A stretch of DNA of 32,000 nucleotides from Muribacter muris (GCF_001038205.1 NZ_JWIZ01000003.1:71281-103280); one strand, 5' to 3'; positions 6,638-15,793 are shown, counted from the stretch's first letter. The notes: generated by a model from the letters alone, not told the origin. Translations and numbers: made by a program.

Positions 6638-6864
6638 AAGTTATCCTTTATAAATTAAAACAAAGGTGGCGACTATTTCACCACCGATTTGAATTAGACC
6701 ATTTATGTTGATTGAACGCAAATTAAATTTTAAGAAATTTTACAAAAGTCGGCGTTTTATCGTTGTCTAACGCCGTTGAGGCTATGGACGAAATCCGCCA
6801 AATCAAATATAGTAACGACTATTTTTGTAAACCTGTCTCCAGTTATTTATTAATGGAAAACACT

Positions 6865-7404
6865 ATGTCTGAACAACTTGAAGTACAACAATCAAATCAA
6901 AAAACCAGCCTTTCAACGAAAGAAGTGATTGCCTATCTCTGTGAAAAATTTCCGCTCTGTTTTGTGGCGGAAGGGGAAGCGAAACCGTTAAAAATCGGGC
7001 TTTTCCAAGATTTAGCCGAAGCGTTGGCTGCCGATGAGAAAGTCAGTAAAACCGCCCTTCGCAAAGCTCTGCGGACTTATACGCTGGGCTGGCGTTATTT
7101 ACACGCTTGTCGTGAAGGGGCGGGGCGTGTGGATCTTTTAGGGAATGAAGCCGGTGTAGTAGATGCCCAACAAGCCGAGCACGCCGCAACGTCGTTAGCC
7201 GAGGCGAAAGCTGCATACGCAGAACGCCGAGCTCAAGAGATGAAAGAGAAACGCAAAGCAGAGCGTAAAGCGTTTTTTAAACAAAAAGCGCGTGATGAGA
7301 ATGCAAAAAAACGGGCGGAATTAAGAAAACACGCCGATGCACCGAAAGCATCGTCAGAGAGTTTAGCCGCATTGGAGAGTAAATTCGGTAAAGGCAGAAA
7401 ATAG
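6865..7404 (+). CDS. proQ: RNA chaperone ProQ (FinO-like domain plus a basic tail; no recognisable C-terminal Tudor-like domain)
   Basis: [36 protein letters not shown]...[15 protein letters not shown]...[13 protein letters not shown] matches the E. coli ProQ N-terminal domain. It sits directly upstream of prc, as in E. coli. The start could also be ATG 6853. Confidence 0.85.
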   Translation: MSEQLEVQQSNQKTSLSTKEVIAYLCEKFPLCFVAEGEAKPLKIGLFQDLAEALAADEKVSKTALRKALRTYTLGWRYLHACREGAGRVDLLGNEAGVVDAQQAEHAATSLAEAKAAYAERRAQEMKEKRKAERKAFFKQKARDENAKKRAELRKHADAPKASSESLAALESKFGKGRK

Positions 7405-7430
7405 TTTTCCGAGTGAAAGCAGGAATGTTT

Positions 7431-9440
7431 ATGAAACAGTATCAATTAAAGATGGTTAGCGCGTTGATGGTCGGGCTTTTTTCGGCAATAAATGTAGGTG
7501 CGGTCGAGCCAACGATCAAAGCAAGCGAGCTAATCCTTCCCAAACCCACCCCTCAACACAGCTTATCGGCAAAGCGTGTTACCGCACGTTTAACCCAATC
7601 GCACTATCATAAATTCACCTTAGACGATGCCTTTGCCGGCAAGATTTTTGATCGTTATATTGATTGGCTTGACGGTGCACATAATACCTTTTTAGCCTCC
7701 GATGTCGAGGAAATGCGGGCGAAATATGCCACAAAATTAGATGATGAACTTTATGAAGGCAAACTGGACAGTGCCTTTGAGATTTATGATCTGATGACCA
7801 AACGCCGCTATGAACGTTATAAATATGCGTTATCGCTTTTGGATCACGAACCGGATTTAAAAGGCGATGATCAGATTGAAAATGATCGTGAAAAAGCGCC
7901 TTTCCCTCAAACCCTCGAAGAAGCGAACACATTATGGGAACAGCGGGTTAAAAACGACATTATCAGCCTTTATCTAAAAGATAAAAAATGGCCGGAAATC
8001 AAAAAGACGCTCGTTAAACGCTATAACTTAGCGATCAAACGCCTGACTCAAAATAAAGCGGACGATATTTTACAAACCTATTTGAATGCTTTTGCCCGTG
8101 AAATCGATCCGCACACCAGTTATCTTTCACCACGTGCGGCAAAACGTTTCCAAGAAAGTATGAACCTTTCCCTTGAAGGCATTGGGGCAACTTTAACAAT
8201 GGAAGATGATGTAACGGTGATTAAATCGTTAGTGCCGGGCGCACCGGCGGCCCGTAGCAAAAAAATTCGGGTAAACGATAAGATTATCGGGGTAGGGCAG
8301 TCTGCCAATAAGATTGAAGATGTGGTCGGTTGGCGCTTAGATGATATTATCGACAAAATCAAAGGTAAAAAAGGCACAAAAGTTTACCTCGAAATCGAAC
8401 CGGAAAAAGGCGGTAAAAGTAAAATTGTAACATTGGTGCGGGATAAAATCCGTCTTGAAGACAGTGCCGCAAAATTAACGGTAACGAAAACCGAGGGTGA
8501 AAATATCGCCGTTATCAAAATTCCGGGCTTCTATATTGGCTTGACCGATGATGTGCGTAAATTACTGAAAGAGATGAAGACCAAAAAAGCAGATGGTCTG
8601 ATTATTGATTTGCGTGAAAACGGCGGCGGTTCATTAACGGAAGTGATTGAATTAGTCGGGCTCTTTATTAAAGAAGGGCCGGTAGTGCAAGTGCGTGATG
8701 CCTTTAACCGCATTAAAGTTCACGAAGATCCGGATAATAGCGTGCAATATGACGGCAACATTATGGTGATGATTAACCGCCATAGTGCATCGGCTTCAGA
8801 GATTCTCGCAGCGGCGATGCAGGATTATAATCGAGCGATTATTGTCGGGCAGCAAACCTTTGGGAAAGGTACGGTACAACAGAGCCGCTCTTTGAATTTC
8901 GTGTATGATTTAGACAGAGAGCCGCTCGGTTCTATTCAATATACCATTCAAAAATTCTACCGGATTAACGGTGGCAGTACCCAGTTAAAAGGGGTGGAGG
9001 CGGATATCCGTTTCCCTGAAATTATCAATGCGGAAAAAACCGGCGAAAGTTTTGAAGATAATGCGCTACCTTGGGATAAAATTCCAGCGGCAAATTATAA
9101 AGAACTCGGGCAAGCTCGTAACGCTGTGGCGGCACTTACGGAAAAACATCAGCAGCGGATTGCTAAAGATCCGGAGTTTATTGTTTTAAATGAGGATATC
9201 AGCATTCGTAAAGCGCGTGATGAGCGTAAATTTACCTCGCTGAATTTAAAAGCACGTTTAGCGGAAAATAAAGCCGATGATGCCAAGCGGTTGAAAGATC
9301 TCAATGCCCGCTTTAAACGGGAGGGTAAAAAGCCGTTGAAAGATTTGGATCAGCTACCGAAAGACTATGAAGCACCGGATTTCTTCCTCAAAGAAACGGA
9401 AAAAATGATGGTCGATTGGTTAGAAATTGATAAAAAATAA
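7431..9440 (+). CDS. prc: Tail-specific (C-terminal processing) periplasmic protease Prc
   Basis: 669 aa with a signal peptide, a PDZ region and the S41 core (LIIDLRENGGGSL...NRHSASASEILAAAMQDYNRAIIVGQQTFGKGTVQ). AGGAA RBS 6 nt before ATG 7431. Confidence 0.95.
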   Translation: MKQYQLKMVSALMVGLFSAINVGAVEPTIKASELILPKPTPQHSLSAKRVTARLTQSHYHKFTLDDAFAGKIFDRYIDWLDGAHNTFLASDVEEMRAKYATKLDDELYEGKLDSAFEIYDLMTKRRYERYKYALSLLDHEPDLKGDDQIENDREKAPFPQTLEEANTLWEQRVKNDIISLYLKDKKWPEIKKTLVKRYNLAIKRLTQNKADDILQTYLNAFAREIDPHTSYLSPRAAKRFQESMNLSLEGIGATLTMEDDVTVIKSLVPGAPAARSKKIRVNDKIIGVGQSANKIEDVVGWRLDDIIDKIKGKKGTKVYLEIEPEKGGKSKIVTLVRDKIRLEDSAAKLTVTKTEGENIAVIKIPGFYIGLTDDVRKLLKEMKTKKADGLIIDLRENGGGSLTEVIELVGLFIKEGPVVQVRDAFNRIKVHEDPDNSVQYDGNIMVMINRHSASASEILAAAMQDYNRAIIVGQQTFGKGTVQQSRSLNFVYDLDREPLGSIQYTIQKFYRINGGSTQLKGVEADIRFPEIINAEKTGESFEDNALPWDKIPAANYKELGQARNAVAALTEKHQQRIAKDPEFIVLNEDISIRKARDERKFTSLNLKARLAENKADDAKRLKDLNARFKREGKKPLKDLDQLPKDYEAPDFFLKETEKMMVDWLEIDKK

Positions 9441-9467
9441 TAAAATAGTATATAATGCGACATTTTG

Positions 9468-9493
9468 CAGACCGCAACAAGCGGTCTGTTTTA
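9468..9493 (+). terminator. Rho-independent terminator after prc; the right arm is a USS
   Basis: cagaccgc (9468-9475) / gcggtctg (9481-9488), loop aacaa, then ttttatt. ACAAGCGGTC at 9477-9486. Confidence 0.8.
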
Positions 9494-9522
9494 TTAAAAA
9501 TATAACAATTTGGATCAAAAAA

Positions 9523-11091
9523 ATGAAAAAACTCACGTTTTTACCTTTTATTGTATTATCAAGTGTGGCGGTGGCGGAAAGCGTGCCGGAGGTGGTGAAT
9601 GCCTTACCGGCAGCGGAGAGTTCGCCGGTTTCGACTACCGATAACGTGTTACCTCAATTTAGTTTTGAAGCACAGCAAGCACGGGCTGCCGAGTGGGCAA
9701 AACAGGCAGAGAATATTTTTCAGCAGGAAGAAGAAAAACGCTTAAAAGCACAGCAACTGGCAGAGGCACAACAACGCATTCAGCAGGAGATCGGGGCTAA
9801 CCAGTTACAGTTAGCAACCGGTACGGCAAAAATTTATGCCGAAAACAATTTTATGCCGATGTGGCAGGATAAAAGCGTAGAAAAGATCTTCTTAAAAGAG
9901 TATGCGGCGTTTGCGGCAAGCGGTGTATCGGCTAAAGCGGCAAAAGCATTACAACAAATTCTGAATGTACCGAATGGCTTGGCAAAAGATATTTTGTTAA
10001 CCGATAGCTTTTTAGACTATTTATACTACAACAAAAATGTGTTGGCGAATGCGAATAGCTGGCTTTATAACTTGGGCAGTTACCGCACAAAATCACCGGC
10101 ACAAGCCCATATTGATAGTTGGGTAAAAGCGGTTAAAAACGGCTCGGTAGGGCAGTTTGTGGCAAACTTAGTACCGCGTAATCATATCTATCAGGAAACG
10201 GTACAACGCTTATTCTCTGGTGCACCGATGGCAACGGCTAAAGCGAAAAAAGGCAAAAAAGGAAAACACACGGCGGAGGATAGTGCAACACAAGCGGGCG
10301 GAACGAGTGCCAATTTTGCAAAACTAGCGTTGAATGCTCAGCGTTTACGCCTTATTCCAAGTTTTAGCAACGGGATTTTCGTGAATATTCCAAGCTATCA
10401 ACTCTACTATTTCCGGGACGGTCAATTGGTTTTACAATCAAAAGTGATTGTTGGGCGGGACGAACGTCGCACGCCGGTAATGTACAGTAAATTGAGCAAT
10501 GTGGTAGTTAATCCGCCTTGGAATGTACCGGCGAGCATTAAAAATAAAGATCTCGTGCCGAAAATGCGTAAAGATCCGAGTTATGTTGATCGCAAAGGCT
10601 ATGAGATTATTGACAGCAAAGGGAACAAGGTCAATCCGCACAGCATCAACTGGGCGGCTTACGACAGTCCGGAGAAAAATTTTCCGTACCATATCCGCCA
10701 AAAAGCCGGTGATGATAGTGCATTAGGGCGTTATAAATTCAATATGCCAAGCTCCGATGCGATCTATTTGCATGATACGCCGAGCCGTGGTCTCTTTAAC
10801 AAAAACGATCGGGCGTTAAGTTCGGGGTGCGTACGGGTCGCTAAAGCCGATGAATTGGCAACCTTGTTGCTAAAAGAGTCCGGTTGGTCTGAACAGAAGA
10901 AACAAGGCGTACTGGCAAGTAAGAAAACCACCTCTGCCCCAATTCGTTCGGATAATCCGGTTTATCTCTACTATGTTACGGCGTGGGTTGAAAATGGCAA
11001 AGTCCATACATTACCGGATATTTACCGTTTCGATAAAAACTTGCCTCGCACGACACTGGATTGGGCGAAGATCCGAACACTGATTAACTGA
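9523..11091 (+). CDS. ldtD: L,D-transpeptidase, YcbB/LdtD-like (YkuD catalytic domain)
   Basis: Signal peptide MKKLTFLPFIVLSSVAVA. YkuD core IPSYQLYYFRDGQLVLQSKVIVGR...IYLHDTPSRGLFNKNDRALSSGCVRV (catalytic HxxxxxxxSxGC). Followed by ycbK and ycbL homologues, as in E. coli. Confidence 0.9.
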   Translation: MKKLTFLPFIVLSSVAVAESVPEVVNALPAAESSPVSTTDNVLPQFSFEAQQARAAEWAKQAENIFQQEEEKRLKAQQLAEAQQRIQQEIGANQLQLATGTAKIYAENNFMPMWQDKSVEKIFLKEYAAFAASGVSAKAAKALQQILNVPNGLAKDILLTDSFLDYLYYNKNVLANANSWLYNLGSYRTKSPAQAHIDSWVKAVKNGSVGQFVANLVPRNHIYQETVQRLFSGAPMATAKAKKGKKGKHTAEDSATQAGGTSANFAKLALNAQRLRLIPSFSNGIFVNIPSYQLYYFRDGQLVLQSKVIVGRDERRTPVMYSKLSNVVVNPPWNVPASIKNKDLVPKMRKDPSYVDRKGYEIIDSKGNKVNPHSINWAAYDSPEKNFPYHIRQKAGDDSALGRYKFNMPSSDAIYLHDTPSRGLFNKNDRALSSGCVRVAKADELATLLLKESGWSEQKKQGVLASKKTTSAPIRSDNPVYLYYVTAWVENGKVHTLPDIYRFDKNLPRTTLDWAKIRTLIN

Positions 11092-11098
11092 CAGAATT

Positions 11099-11136
11099 TT
11101 CCGAGAAGTGTTGCGACTTCTCGGAACTTTCTTTTT
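11099..11136 (+). terminator. Rho-independent terminator after ldtD
   Basis: ttccgagaagt (11099-11109) / acttctcggaa (11116-11126), 6-nt loop, then ctttcttttt. Confidence 0.8.
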
Positions 11137-11231
11137 GATTCAAACACTAAGATCCACAGCTTAATGGTTTATCGTGAATAGTAAGGAGAATATTTACGTT
11201 AGATCATTAATTATCAACACTAGGAGAATTA

Positions 11232-11786
11232 ATGGAACAACCAAATTTACAACGCCGCAGATGGCTTTCTCTGGGCGGTATTGCACTGGGAGCAGCGATA
11301 TTACCCAGCTCGGTAATGGCGATTGTCTCGACCCCTCGTCCGCTTTCGCTGCGTCTGCGTAACGTGAATACGGGCGAAAGTATTATTGCCCAATACTCAA
11401 AGGGCGGTTTTGCGCCGTCAACACTGGGCAAATTAAACTACATTATGCGTGATCGCCATACCAACCAAGTCAAAGCGATTGATCCAAATCTGTTTTTCAA
11501 ACTCACTCAAATCCAATCCCGCCTCGGTTTACGTAATTCGGAAATTGCCGTATTAAGCGGTTATCGCACGGCACAAACCAATGCAAGAATGCGCAGACGT
11601 AGCCGTGGCGTTGCCAGCAACAGCTATCATATTCAAGGCAAAGCGGTGGATTTTTTCATTGACGGCGTGCCGTTATCGAAAATTAAAGCCGCGGCGGAAG
11701 GACTAAGTAACGGCGGGGTCGGCTATTACCCTCGTAGTAATTTTGTCCACGTTGATACCGGGCCGGTGCGGACGTGGCGGGGTTAA
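11232..11786 (+). CDS. mepK: Peptidoglycan L,D-endopeptidase MepK (YcbK, M15 family) with a twin-arginine signal
   Basis: QRRRWLSLGGIALGAAILP is a Tat motif. ...SGYRTAQTN...SYHIQGKAVDF...GGVGYYPRSNFVHVDTGPVRTW is collinear with E. coli YcbK. AGGAGAA RBS. Confidence 0.9.
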   Translation: MEQPNLQRRRWLSLGGIALGAAILPSSVMAIVSTPRPLSLRLRNVNTGESIIAQYSKGGFAPSTLGKLNYIMRDRHTNQVKAIDPNLFFKLTQIQSRLGLRNSEIAVLSGYRTAQTNARMRRRSRGVASNSYHIQGKAVDFFIDGVPLSKIKAAAEGLSNGGVGYYPRSNFVHVDTGPVRTWRG

Positions 11787-11787
11787 T

Positions 11788-11821
11788 GCAAGCGGTAGGT
11801 TGTTATGTTTAATTTGCAAAT
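11788..11821 (+). repeat. USS composite spanning the mepK-gloC junction and the first gloC codons
   Basis: GCAAGCGGTA GGTTGTTATGTTTAATTT GC AAAT. Confidence 0.75.
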
Positions 11822-12434
11822 TATTCCGGTCGGGGCTTTTCAGCAAAATTGCAGCGTGATTTGGGACGACCAAAAAAATGCAGCGATTATTGATGCGGGC
11901 GATGAGGCAGACAAAATTATTCAGTTTGTTGAATCTCAGCAGCTCAAGGTTGAAAAACTGTTGATTACCCACGGGCATCTCGATCACATTATGGCGGTCG
12001 AGCCGTTGAAAGCCTATTTTGGTGTTGAGGTTTACGGCTCTCACTACGCGGATCAACCGCTTTTTGAGCAACTGCCTCAAATCTGCCAAAATTATGGCTT
12101 ACCGGTGGTGAAAGGCTTTTTGCCGGATCACTGGCTGAATGAAGGCGAGCAAATTAAAGTCGGCGAGTTGCACTTTGAGATACGGCATTTGCCGGGACAC
12201 GCACCGGGGCATATCGGCTTTTTTGATTTTGCCAATAAAATTGCCTTTAGCGGTGATGTGTTGTTCCAAAACAGCATCGGGCGTACGGATCTCTATCAGG
12301 GTAATTTATCGCAATTATTAGACACGATCCGCACCAAACTGTTTGATTTGGATGATGATTTTATTATCCTGCCGGGGCACGGCGCTCATACTACGATTGG
12401 GCGTGAGAAAAAAAGTAACCCATTTTTAAAGTAG
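11805..12434 (+). CDS. gloC: Metallo-beta-lactamase-fold hydrolase, YcbL/GloC-type hydroxyacylglutathione hydrolase
   Basis: ITHGHLDHI (HxHxDH motif), HLPGHAPGH, LPGHG. Its position after mepK mirrors E. coli ycbK-ycbL. Confidence 0.85.
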   Translation: MFNLQIIPVGAFQQNCSVIWDDQKNAAIIDAGDEADKIIQFVESQQLKVEKLLITHGHLDHIMAVEPLKAYFGVEVYGSHYADQPLFEQLPQICQNYGLPVVKGFLPDHWLNEGEQIKVGELHFEIRHLPGHAPGHIGFFDFANKIAFSGDVLFQNSIGRTDLYQGNLSQLLDTIRTKLFDLDDDFIILPGHGAHTTIGREKKSNPFLK

Positions 12435-12441
12435 ATTAACT

Positions 12442-13194
12442 ATGAAAAAACACCTTTCCCTTTTACTCGTTACCGCCGCATTTGGCTTAACCGCTTGTTC
12501 GTCATCCATCAATCCGGAAACGGGGCAGCGTGCCGATCCACTTGAACCGTTTAACCGTGCGATGTGGAAGGTTAATTACGAATATCTTGACCCTTATCTC
12601 TTAGAACCGGTGGCGAAAGGGTGGCGGGATTATGTGCCAAGTCCGGTGAAAACTGGCTTGGTTAATGTGGCGAATAACTTGGACGAGCCGGCCAGCTTTG
12701 TGAACCGTTTGCTTGAAGGGGAAGGGAAAAAAGCGATGGTGCATTTTACCCGCTTTTGGTTTAACTCAATTTTCGGTTTAGGTGGCTTGATTGATTTTGC
12801 CAGCCTAACCGATGATTTGAAGTTGGAAAACGGTCGCCGTACCTTTGGTGATACGCTGGGGCGTTATAATGTCCCAACGGGCCCTTATGTGATGCTACCG
12901 GGCTACGGGCCGGCAACGCCTCGTCAAGATCTCGGCGGGATTGTCGATACAGCTTATCCGACCCTTTCAATGCTGACAATGCCTTGGACAGTGGCAAAGT
13001 TCAGCGTGCAAGGGATTGATAAACGGGCGAAATTATTAGACCAAGGGGCATTGCTGAAACAGTCTCAAGATCCTTATACCACGTTCCGTGAGGCTTATTT
13101 CCAAAATCTGGACTTTAAAGTGAAAGACGGAAAAACGGATAATCAAGACGGCAAAGAGATATTGTCGGACGAAGAGTTAAAAAATATTGATTAA
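12442..13194 (+). CDS. mlaA: Outer-membrane lipoprotein MlaA (VacJ), phospholipid asymmetry maintenance
   Basis: Lipobox LTAC at residues 16-19. DPLEPFNRAMWKVNYEYLDPYLLEPVAKGWRDYVPSPVKTGLVNVANNLDEP is the MlaA signature region. Confidence 0.9.
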   Translation: MKKHLSLLLVTAAFGLTACSSSINPETGQRADPLEPFNRAMWKVNYEYLDPYLLEPVAKGWRDYVPSPVKTGLVNVANNLDEPASFVNRLLEGEGKKAMVHFTRFWFNSIFGLGGLIDFASLTDDLKLENGRRTFGDTLGRYNVPTGPYVMLPGYGPATPRQDLGGIVDTAYPTLSMLTMPWTVAKFSVQGIDKRAKLLDQGALLKQSQDPYTTFREAYFQNLDFKVKDGKTDNQDGKEILSDEELKNID

Positions 13195-13200
13195 ACTAAA

Positions 13201-13225
13201 AGCCCTCATTATTGAGGGCTTTGTT
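13201..13225. terminator. Bidirectional terminator between convergent mlaA and yidB
   Basis: agccctca (13201-13208) / tgagggct (13213-13220), 4-nt loop. T-run on the plus side (ttgtt) and TTTTAGTTT on the minus side. Confidence 0.7.
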
Positions 13226-13233
13226 ATGGATAA

Positions 13234-13650
13234 TTAGCTAAATAGTTTGCCTAACACTGCTTTTGCACCTTGTTGCAATAACGCACCGGTATCAAGGCTA
13301 GCCAGATCTAACTGACCGTTCGGGCTGAGTGTATCGACAATTTTCGGCAAGTACTCGGAGAGTAAATTCGGCGCATCTTCTTGCGCAATACCGACTTCTT
13401 CGGCGGCGTTGTCAATGTTTTGCTTTCCGAAAATATCAAAGATTTGCGAAACGGAAATCGGTAAATTTTCACCATTGCCGATCCACGATTTGACGATTTG
13501 CTCTAAACCGCCTTGTTGAAATTTCTCAATTAAACCTTGCACGCCGCCTTGCGATTGTAGCAACGCTTGGATAAGTTGAATCGCTTTGTTTTGACCTTCA
13601 CCACCGCCTAATACTGATGATGCCACTGAACCTAAAATGTTACCTAACAT
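13234..13650 (-). CDS. yidB: YidB-family protein (DUF937), function unknown
   Basis: GLIEKFQQGGLEQIVKSWIGNGENLPIS...LLSEYLPKIVDTLSPNGQL...LGKLF is collinear with E. coli YidB. The GGAGAA RBS favours ATG 13650 over 13662. Confidence 0.8.
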   Translation of the reverse strand: MLGNILGSVASSVLGGGEGQNKAIQLIQALLQSQGGVQGLIEKFQQGGLEQIVKSWIGNGENLPISVSQIFDIFGKQNIDNAAEEVGIAQEDAPNLLSEYLPKIVDTLSPNGQLDLASLDTGALLQQGAKAVLGKLFS

Positions 13651-13692
13651 AAAATTCTCCATTATGATAAAAGTGCCAAATACCGAAACGTA

Positions 13693-13727
13693 TTTTGCAA
13701 AAAATGTAAGCCTAACCGACCGCTTGT
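13693..13727 (-). repeat. USS composite (19-nt spacing) between kdsB and yidB
   Basis: Minus strand reads ACAAGCGGTC GGTTAGGCTTACATTTTTT GC AAAA. Confidence 0.75.
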
Positions 13728-13728
13728 A

Positions 13729-14490
13729 TTATCCACGGGCGGCAAAAATTTGACGTACCCGTTCAAGATCCGCTTGCGTATCGACCCCGACTGCCGGCGC
13801 ACGTTTTGCCAGATCGAGATGAATTTTTTCGCCGTACCATAACGCTCGTAACTGTTCGAGGGACTCCAATTGCTCCAGTGCAGTCGGTTGCCAAGCGACA
13901 TAACGCTTGATAAAGCCTGCCCGATAAGCATAAATACCGATATGGCGCAGGTAATTTTGGCGTTGTACAAATTCATCATCGCAATCAGGGAACGCATCTC
14001 GCCCGAACGGAATCGGCGCACGGGAAAAATAGAGTGCCATTCCGTGTTGGTCGGCGACAACTTTAACCGCATTCGGATTAAAAAGTTCCTCGGCAGTCGT
14101 TAATTTTACCGCCAGCGTTGCCATATTGACCTGATGGCGATCCAAATTTTCCGCCACCTGTGAGACAATCTCCGGTGGAATAAGCGGTTCGTCCCCTTGC
14201 ACATTCACGATAATTTCATCATCAACGATCGCCATTTTTTCAATCACTTCTGCCAAACGCTCGGTGCCGGAATTGTGATGGGCAGAAGTCAAGGAAACTT
14301 CACCGCCGAATTGTTGAACGACATCGGCGATTTCGTGGTGATCCGTTGCCACAATCACCCGCATTGCGCCGGCTTGTTGGGCTTTCTCCCAAACGTGCTG
14401 AATCATCGGTTTGCCGGCAATATCCAACAGCGGTTTGCGTGGCAAGCGGCTGGAGGCGTAGCGGGCGGGAATAATCACACTAAATGGCAT
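13729..14490 (-). CDS. kdsB: 3-deoxy-manno-octulosonate cytidylyltransferase (CMP-KDO synthetase)
   Basis: [33 protein letters not shown]...[12 protein letters not shown]... is a full-length KdsB pattern. Confidence 0.95.
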   Translation of the reverse strand: MPFSVIIPARYASSRLPRKPLLDIAGKPMIQHVWEKAQQAGAMRVIVATDHHEIADVVQQFGGEVSLTSAHHNSGTERLAEVIEKMAIVDDEIIVNVQGDEPLIPPEIVSQVAENLDRHQVNMATLAVKLTTAEELFNPNAVKVVADQHGMALYFSRAPIPFGRDAFPDCDDEFVQRQNYLRHIGIYAYRAGFIKRYVAWQPTALEQLESLEQLRALWYGEKIHLDLAKRAPAVGVDTQADLERVRQIFAARG

Positions 14491-14498
14491 TGTAGCTC

Positions 14499-15065
14499 CT
14501 AGATGCGAGAGAGATCGAAACGTGTTAAGTCAATACGGTCTTCCGTACCGTAAAAACGGGCTAGGGCTTGGCGTAATTGCTCCGCCCGTTTCGGTAAACC
14601 CTTTTCGGCATACTGTTTGACTTGCTGGTAAACCGCTTGTTTGAAAGCGGAATTGTCGCCGGCATCGCCGGTTAAATTATCGCTGCTAGCAAAATAGCGG
14701 AAATTGGCGGCGGTGGCTAAAATCCACTCGATTGCTTGGGGTTTGACTTCCACCTGTTCAAATTCCCGCTGACGCTCGGCGGAACGCCCGTCCGGCTCGT
14801 ACCAGTAGCCGAAATCCTCTAATTTACGGCGTGCTTCGCCGGCAACCAGCCAGTGAGCAATTTCGTGCAGACCGCTGCTATAAAAGCCGTGAGCAAATAA
14901 AATGACATTGTAAGGGCGTTCGCTTGGGGTGTTATTTTCGTCCAGAAACGCGGGAAGGTAGATCGGGTAGTCGCCGCCCCGTTCCAGCCGTGTGTTGTAG
15001 CTTTCGGCAAAGCAATCGTTAAAAATCGCGATTAAATCTTCGTAGCGATGAGCATCTTGGTGCAT
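14499..15065 (-). CDS. epmC: Elongation factor P hydroxylase EpmC (YfcM)
   Basis: [20 protein letters not shown]...[55 protein letters not shown] closely parallels E. coli YfcM. Confidence 0.9.
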   Translation of the reverse strand: MHQDAHRYEDLIAIFNDCFAESYNTRLERGGDYPIYLPAFLDENNTPSERPYNVILFAHGFYSSGLHEIAHWLVAGEARRKLEDFGYWYEPDGRSAERQREFEQVEVKPQAIEWILATAANFRYFASSDNLTGDAGDNSAFKQAVYQQVKQYAEKGLPKRAEQLRQALARFYGTEDRIDLTRFDLSRI

Positions 15066-15083
15066 AAGGTATCCTTCGGTAAT

Positions 15084-15093
15084 GCAAGCGGTT
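15084..15093 (+). repeat. USS core (gCAAGCGGTt) between epmC and ydjA; the downstream motif is degenerate (AATGTAAAT)
   Basis: Read directly. At +19/+20 the bases are GT instead of GC. Confidence 0.6.
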
Positions 15094-15116
15094 GGAACGT
15101 ACCGTGTTAATGTAAA

Positions 15117-15680
15117 TTAGTGAATAAATTCGACAAAACCGTCTATATTTTCCGGTTGAGTAGCAAGGGTAATGCCCTCTTGGTCGAGCGGCGAACCAAT
15201 CATCACAAGAGCGACAATTTTATCCTGCTCCCGACAGGCTAATGCTTGGCGGAGTGCTGAACCGTTTACCCATTTATTGCTGATCCAACAGGTTTCAAAC
15301 CCTTGCGCATTGGCGGCAAGCTGCATTGCATAGGTGGCACAACCGGCGGTGAGCATCTGTTCCCAAGCCGGCACTTTCGGGACATCTTTGGTGATTTTTG
15401 CGACCACGGCGATCACCATTGGCGCACGTCGGCTAAGTTTTTGGGCTTTCATTATCCCTTCTTCACCTAAACCAAATTCAACGGCGGCGGCTTCTAAGTA
15501 GTGGGCTAATTGAGTCATCCCTTGCTTTTCAAATACAAAAAATTGATAGGGTTTGAGGCGACCGTGATCCGGCACACGCAAGCCGGCTTGAATAATCTGT
15601 TTGGTCTGCTCGGCATTCGGAGCGAGCTCACCAAATTTTTTTGTGGAACGGCGGCGTTGTAAAAAATCTAACGTATCCAT
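15117..15680 (-). CDS. ydjA: NAD(P)H nitroreductase, YdjA family
   Basis: MDTLDFLQRRRSTKKF...RVPDHGRLKPYQFFV...KVPAWEQMLTAGCATYAMQLAANAQGF...CREQDKIV is collinear with E. coli YdjA and divergent from sppA, as in E. coli. RBS AGAGGA before ATG 15680. Confidence 0.85.
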   Translation of the reverse strand: MDTLDFLQRRRSTKKFGELAPNAEQTKQIIQAGLRVPDHGRLKPYQFFVFEKQGMTQLAHYLEAAAVEFGLGEEGIMKAQKLSRRAPMVIAVVAKITKDVPKVPAWEQMLTAGCATYAMQLAANAQGFETCWISNKWVNGSALRQALACREQDKIVALVMIGSPLDQEGITLATQPENIDGFVEFIH

Positions 15681-15793
15681 TCTGTCCTCTGGGTCAATGG
15701 TAAAAAATGCAGTTAGAATAGCATATTTTGTTAAATTTCGCCCTGTTTTGTGGTAGTTTAGGCACGGATTTTTCACGAGTGGAAGGAGTAGCA

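Noticed and set aside
11174-11362. 62-aa ORF upstream of and overlapping mepK, and the duplicated AGGAGAAT word (11184 and 11223)
   Set aside because: The ORF overlaps mepK out of frame and has no supporting features. The first AGGAGAAT is not followed by a usable start codon at the right distance.
13662-14072. 136-aa minus-strand ORF overlapping the 3' half of kdsB in another frame
   Set aside because: kdsB is unambiguous in its own frame. The overlapping ORF has an implausible composition and would start inside kdsB.
15728-15793. N-terminal extensions given by the ORF track (sppA 15728; likewise dinB 4230, htpX 5436, ldtD 9427, proQ 6763, ydjA 15794)
   Set aside because: In each case an internal ATG or GTG preceded by a good Shine-Dalgarno sequence reproduces the N-terminus of the E. 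coli orthologue. The extensions would also run through promoters, a LexA box or terminators.
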